A stretch of 64,000 bases of DNA from Eledone cirrhosa (Eukaryota), in NCBI GenBank assembly GCA_964016885.1, contig CAXHJY010000562.1, positions 798 to 64,797 on the forward strand, in the 5' to 3' direction. Position 1 is the first letter of the stretch, and each line of letters starts with the position of its first letter. A model generated the notes under the pieces. It made no database searches, was not told where the DNA came from, and worked only from the letters and a program-made list of their open reading frames with translations. This document shows, in pieces, positions 51,019-64,000 of this stretch. The position numbers and the translations under genes were made by a program.

Positions 51019-51376
51019 ATCACCATCATCACCATCACCATCATCACCACCACTGTCACCATCATCACCACCACTATCACCATCATCACCACCATCATCA
51101 CCATCACCATCCTCACCACCACCATCATCACCACCACCATCATCACCACCACCACCATCATCACCACCACCACCATCATCATCACCACCATCATCACCAC
51201 CATCATCACCACCATCATCACCATCACCATCATCACCATCACCATCATCACCATCACCATCATCACCATCACCATCATCATCACCACCACCATCACCATC
51301 ATCATCACCACCATCATCACCATCATCATCACCATCATCATCACCATCATCACCATCATCATCACCATCATCATCA
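51019..51376. repeat. (CAT/CAC)n trinucleotide microsatellite
   Basis: Direct inspection; adjoins a minus-strand RTE tail. Confidence 0.95.
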
Positions 51377-51384
51377 ATAATAAC

Positions 51385-51510
51385 TAACATCCATTTTCTA
51401 TGCTTGTGTGGATTAGACAGACTAGTCAAGAGATCATATCTTGCTCATACGAATCTGTCTTGGGCTTGGTTCCTACAGCTGGATGCCCTTTCCAAAGCCA
51501 ACCACATTAT
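51385..51510 (-). mobile_element. RTE-type 3' tail
   Basis: AACATCCATTTTCTATGCTTG..CTACAGCTGGATGCCCTT..CCAACCAC. Confidence 0.75.
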
Positions 51511-51710
51511 AGTCGGGACAGGGTGCACCAGAAGGACTACTTAACATGATGAAATGGGTGCTATTTTGTGTGTGGTACCAGCGCACACATACATACATGT
51601 ATGTATGTGTTTATTTTGTAACTTAGCAGTTTAGCAAAAAGAAGATGGTAAATTAAGTACCAGACTTGAAAATATAAGTATCGGGGGTCGACATGATCAA
51701 TTAAATTCCT

Positions 51711-51954
51711 TTAATCCTTTAGCATTTAAACTGGCCATATCCGGCCAGAATTCCCCCACCTCTTTCTTTTCAAACTAGCTGTAACCAGAGCTCATACTGT
51801 TCTTAAGGTATTGTTCTAAAAGTAAATATCAAAATCACATAGATTCAATATTATGTGAGATAATTATGTATGATAAAGCCTTTATCGTGAAAATATAATA
51901 GTAAATATAGAGTAATGTTAAAGGGTTAAATATAGAGTAATGCTAAAGGGCTAA
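51711..51954 (-). mobile_element. piggyBac-like MITE nested in a SINE, with a duplicated end
   Basis: Reverse of the 50573 copy; SINE halves at ~51620-51710 and ~51955-52000. Confidence 0.85.
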
Positions 51955-52257
51955 AGCTGTGCCCCAGCATGGCTATAGTCTGAGTGAAAGATTAACAGAC
52001 TAGATATACAGTATCTCCATTCTATATACTACACTAACATGTGCAGCAGGCATATGCCATAAAGAAGCTCGAGTTATTTTCTCATTATTATAGTAGCTTA
52101 CTATCTACGTCTTACCATTCATATATTTTATTTTATCCAGACATTTGATGTCTTATCTAAAGAAAAAAACAACATGCACACACACACATACACGCCTATG
52201 TGTATTTATGTGCATAAATATATCTATATATACACATACATGTGTGTGTGTATATAA

Positions 52258-52289
<32 letters not shown>

Positions 52290-52469
52290 TGTCTGTGTGT
52301 GTGTATATATGTGTATGTATATATATATATATTGTGTGTCTGTGTGTATATATATGTGTATGTATATATATATATATATTGTGTCTGTGTGTGTGTGTCT
52401 TGCTAATAAGTGTTTTTACGGAGGTACCTGGTACCTCCGTAAAAAGACCAGGTACCTCCGTAAAACACT

Positions 52470-52900
52470 CCGTAAAAACACTTATTAGCAAGACATACCC
52501 GTTCCAAAGACCCTCATGTATAGATAAGAAATGTATAACCTGTAAAATAAGCACCCATATTAACTGTAAAACTAGAAATGTAGTGTATAGCATAAGATGT
52601 ACTGAAGGACAATGTAGAAACAAAAATATAGTGTACATAGGTGAGACAGCTCGTAGTATAGGGGAACGGATAAATGAACACTGGCGAGACCTTCAAGATA
52701 ATAAAGAATCATCTGTACTCTACCAACATGCTAAGATAGAACACAAGGGTAAATTAGAGAACATAGAAACAGAAATGGAATCCACACACAGAAAGGATGC
52801 AATGTTTAGGCAAATTACAAAGGCAATAAACATAAAAGAATTACAACCAAAATTAAATAGAAAATATGAGTGGAACAGCAACATCACAACTTACAATTAA
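52470..52900 (+). pseudogene. Penelope GIY-YIG endonuclease domain (no RT, no genuine start)
   Basis: Open frame to TAA at 52898-52900; the upstream part of the called ORF is microsatellite. Confidence 0.85.
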
Positions 52901-53100
52901 GGACAAAATGAAAACACACACACACATAGAACAAACAACCAACAACATGTAAATAAATAAACAAATAGATAATTGAACACAAACACACACAGACACCCGG
53001 ATGTGGCGCATGCGCAAACTGAGCACACAACACACACACAGAAACAAAATGGCATAGGACAGAAGAAAGGAAAGGCACAGAAACAAAGAAAGGAATCCCC

Positions 53101-53145
53101 AGTCACTGAAGAGGTCACAGAGTGTGTGACGAAAGGACTATGACT
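53101..53145 (+). ncRNA. Minimal type I hammerhead ribozyme
   Basis: Stem I AGTCA/TGACT, core CTGAAGA (53106-53112), stem II G-[G]-TCACA/TGTGA-C, GAAA (53131-53134), rudimentary stem III GGAC, cleavage triplet CUA (53138-53140). Confidence 0.75.
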
Positions 53146-53332
53146 ATATATAAACAACTATCTGGTTGTGGAACCAACCAACCAACCAACCAGAAATTTA
53201 TAAGTTTGTAGATTTGTAAATTTATAAATATATAATAAATTTAAGTGAAAGCAACTGGTGCGTGTGTTTCTTATTGGCAACATGACCCTCCCAAAGTATA
53301 ACAATATATGTATATATATATATATGTGTATA

Positions 53333-53364
<32 letters not shown>

Positions 53365-53904
53365 CATATATATATACATATATGTATATATATATGAAAC
53401 AAAATGAAAACGAAATTTCATTTCTCACTCTTAGTATGGCACTTACTTAAATGTAAGTATGCATGTATACGTACATACATATATGTATACAGACGTACAG
53501 TAGCATGCACATATATATATATATATACATATATATACATATGCATACAGGTACACATACATATATGCACGTATCAGTTTAGCGGCGCTTATTATAACGT
53601 CGCTTTGTTTGTTTGTAAACAAACTGAACAGCCTGAATTTATGCCATACGGTGTTAAGGCAACCACGTCACCTTTTTGTTCAACATTGACACAGGAACGA
53701 TGTACTAGTTTCAAGCTTGTTAGCTATCATCAGCACCGTTTACCCATCTGCCAGATAGTTGAACGTTCGAGTGAGAAATGAAATTTCGTTTTCATTTTGT
53801 TTCAATTTATCGTTTTCGGTATGCCTGACCGATTTCACTCACTCAATATGCAAATTAGGCTGCTCAGCCGTTAATTTTCATAAGGAAAGTATATACTTTC
53901 GAAC

Positions 53905-58942
<5,038 letters not shown>

Positions 58943-59486
58943 AAAAAATGGGGAGAAGAATACTGCAGGTTGCACATGGATAACATGTTATAAAATGAGT
59001 CCCTCATCAGTGATTTGCCAACGATCATAGATACTTCATTGCATTAAAAATCATATACCTCACGTCGGTGCAATAATAACTAAATTAAGTTATTAGGACA
59101 AGTAAAACGCGTAAAGCGAGTGAGACAAGTAAAAAACAAAGAGGAAAGCTAACCGTAGATAGGAAGGGCACAAACTACATAGTTATTCTGTCAGCATAAG
59201 CTGGGTGAATATATGAGCGCGTAGAAAAAAGACCTTTTGAGATGAATCCAAATTTAAGAAAGAAGGAAATTGTTTTCGTCGCGAACGGGGTGAAGTGAGA
59301 AGGGGAGAAACAGTGAGTGAGTGGAAGTGTGAGGAAGAGGTCAGTAGAGAGAAAGTGTTAACTGACATGACAGAGGGGGCGAAAGAAAGTAAGAGAAACA
59401 GAGAGAAAGAGGGAGCAGTAAGAGTAAGAGAGAGAGAGAGAGAGAAAAACAGAATCGCAGTTTAGGTAAATATATGTGAATGTATA

Positions 59487-59528
<42 letters not shown>

Positions 59529-59531
59529 CAC

Positions 59532-59638
<107 letters not shown>

Positions 59639-59669
59639 TATATATATACACATATATATATATATACAC

Positions 59670-59752
<83 letters not shown>

Positions 59753-59772
59753 TATATATATATATATATACA

Positions 59773-60820
59773 CAGGGTGCTCTGAAAGTACAGTAGCTAG
59801 AGTCAGAACTGGATGGAAAAAGTTCAGAGAGCTTATACCACTATTAGCCGCTAGAGGGTTCTCCCTAAAAATGAAAGGCAGGTTATACGATGCCTGCATA
59901 CGAACAGCAATGCTGCATGGCAGTGAGACCTGGGCATTGTGTGCAGAGGATATACGCAGACTAGAGAGGAACGAAGCTTGCATGCTCCGCTGGATGTGCA
60001 ATAGTAATATACGTGAACGGCAAAGCATAAACGAACTAAGGAAAAAATTAGAAATAAGAGGGATCAGATGTTGTTTACTCGAGAGAAGGCTACGTTGGTA
60101 CGGTCACGTGATGCGCATGAAAGACGACAGCTGTATAACAAAGTGCAGGGCAATAAAGATAGACGGTAGCCACGGAGTAGGCAGACCCAGAAAAACATGG
60201 GACGAGCTGATAAATTCCGACCTCACACGCTTACACCTCTCCAAGACAATGTCACTGGACCGAGACCTTTGGCGGTACTCAGTAATAGAGAAGACCCGCC
60301 TTACCTAAATACAGAGTAAAAACCTACTACAGTCAGTAGGCATCTCTATCAAAACACACCCCCGTCCCACCACCTCCACCCCACCCACACCGCCCCTTTC
60401 AATGTAAAGTTATGTTGGTCCCACAACATCCAGGCCGAAACAAATGAGATCGTTTAGGTGTCACGACAAAAAACACACAGTCCACGCTGTAAATGTGGCC
60501 GTGTAGGCAACACGGTAAAAACCTCCCAGCCCCACACTGTAAATGTGGTTGGTGTTAGGAAGGGCATCCAGCTGTAGAAAACCCACCAGACAGTCCACGC
60601 TGTAATGTGGCCGTGTAGGCAACACGGTAAAAACCTCCCAGCCCCACACTGTAAATGTGGTTGGTGTTAGGAAGGGCATCCAACTGTAGAAAACCCGCCA
60701 GACAGTCCTATGCGAGCAAGAGAACCACTCTTGCCTCAAGTGGGAAAACCCCCGCCCAAACCCATGCAAGCGTGGAACACGGACGCTAAACCTGATGATG
60801 ATGATGATGATGATGATGAT
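59773..60820 (+). mobile_element. 5'-truncated RTE LINE, same subfamily as 4022
   Basis: Highly similar to 5559-6484; intact C-terminal frame to 60308; 113-bp tandem duplication in the 3' UTR; (GAT)n tail; TA on both sides. Confidence 0.95.
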
Positions 60821-63400
<2,580 letters not shown>

Positions 63401-63792
63401 TTCTCTTTTTACTCTTTTTACCTGTTTCAGCCATCCGGCTGAGGCCATGCTGGGGCACCGCCCTTGTTGCTACACATTTTATCTCCAGCCTGTATAGGTT
63501 GGCCACTGGTGTAGGAGGGAGTTTGTTGCTGCTGCCCTTAGGTTTCCCTCGTGTCTTGCTGTGGGCTCATCCGGGATCCTGGATAACAAGGTGTCGAGAT
63601 GTTTCTTAAAGACATCCACCTCCACGTCATGCAAGTCTCGCAGATGCCTCGGCAGCCTGTTGAAGAGTTGAGGGCCCTTGAATCCCAGGCTATTGCAATA
63701 CCTGCTCCTTATTCTAGATGTGGAAGACGGGACCTTTGGCACCACACAGTGACGTCCTGTTCGATGGTTGGTCCAGCTCCCAATGCCAAAGT
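63401..63792 (-). mobile_element. CR1/L2-group LINE 3' end, near-identical to 19178-19561
   Basis: Same ORF end and tail with only a handful of substitutions. Confidence 0.88.
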
Positions 63793-63868
63793 ACATATAC
63801 ATATATATATATATGTATACATATATATATATATATACACATATAGTACACATATGTACACAAAGTAC

Positions 63869-63899
<31 letters not shown>

Positions 63900-64000
63900 C
63901 ATATATATATAATATACACATATAGTACACATATGTACACAAAGTACATATACATATATATATATATATGTATACATATATATATATATACATATATATA

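Larger units (their letters stand above)
52396..53308 (+). mobile_element. 5'-truncated Penelope-like element (GIY-YIG endonuclease plus pLTR)
   Basis: C..KCITC..NCKTRNVVYSIRC...C...VYIGETARSIGERINEH..S.LY.H..EH..LNRK; downstream hammerhead; terminus shared with 29624-29961. Confidence 0.88.

Noticed and set aside
50934-51429. Poly-His, Asp/Gly and Met/Val ORFs resembling metal-binding or biomineral proteins
   Set aside because: All frames of a (CAT/CAC)n array attached to an RTE tail; no splice or gene context
59354-59368. GTGTTAACTGACA shared in reverse with the CRE 3' UTR near 39315
   Set aside because: Only about 14 bp with no extension; may be chance

Overview
Eukaryotic, repeat-saturated intergenic or intronic DNA with no recognisable host gene. 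From memory, the SINE and LINE families resemble octopus (coleoid cephalopod) repeats; this is not database-confirmed. About half the window (1-24.8 kb and 53.9-64 kb) is very long degenerate (TA)n microsatellite, which produces the spurious IY/YI ORFs. Embedded in these arrays are 5'-truncated non-LTR retrotransposons: three RTE-clade copies ending in (GAT)n (one keeps the RT domain with an internal PHD-like Zn finger) and two near-identical CR1/L2-group 3' ends. The middle (24.8-53.9 kb) is a mosaic of tRNA-derived SINEs, piggyBac/Tc1-mariner/hAT MITEs, a non-autonomous Helitron, a decayed Buster-type hAT transposase, CRE/RTE/I-group LINE scraps and a Penelope-like GIY-YIG element. The most interesting signals are: several retroelement lineages inserting into (TA)n; a bulged minimal hammerhead ribozyme in the Penelope pLTR, with a second copy inside an inverted-repeat derivative; fold-back junctions around the Penelope copy; and LINE/SINE tail-sharing pairs visible in one window. 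Boundaries of old elements are approximate.
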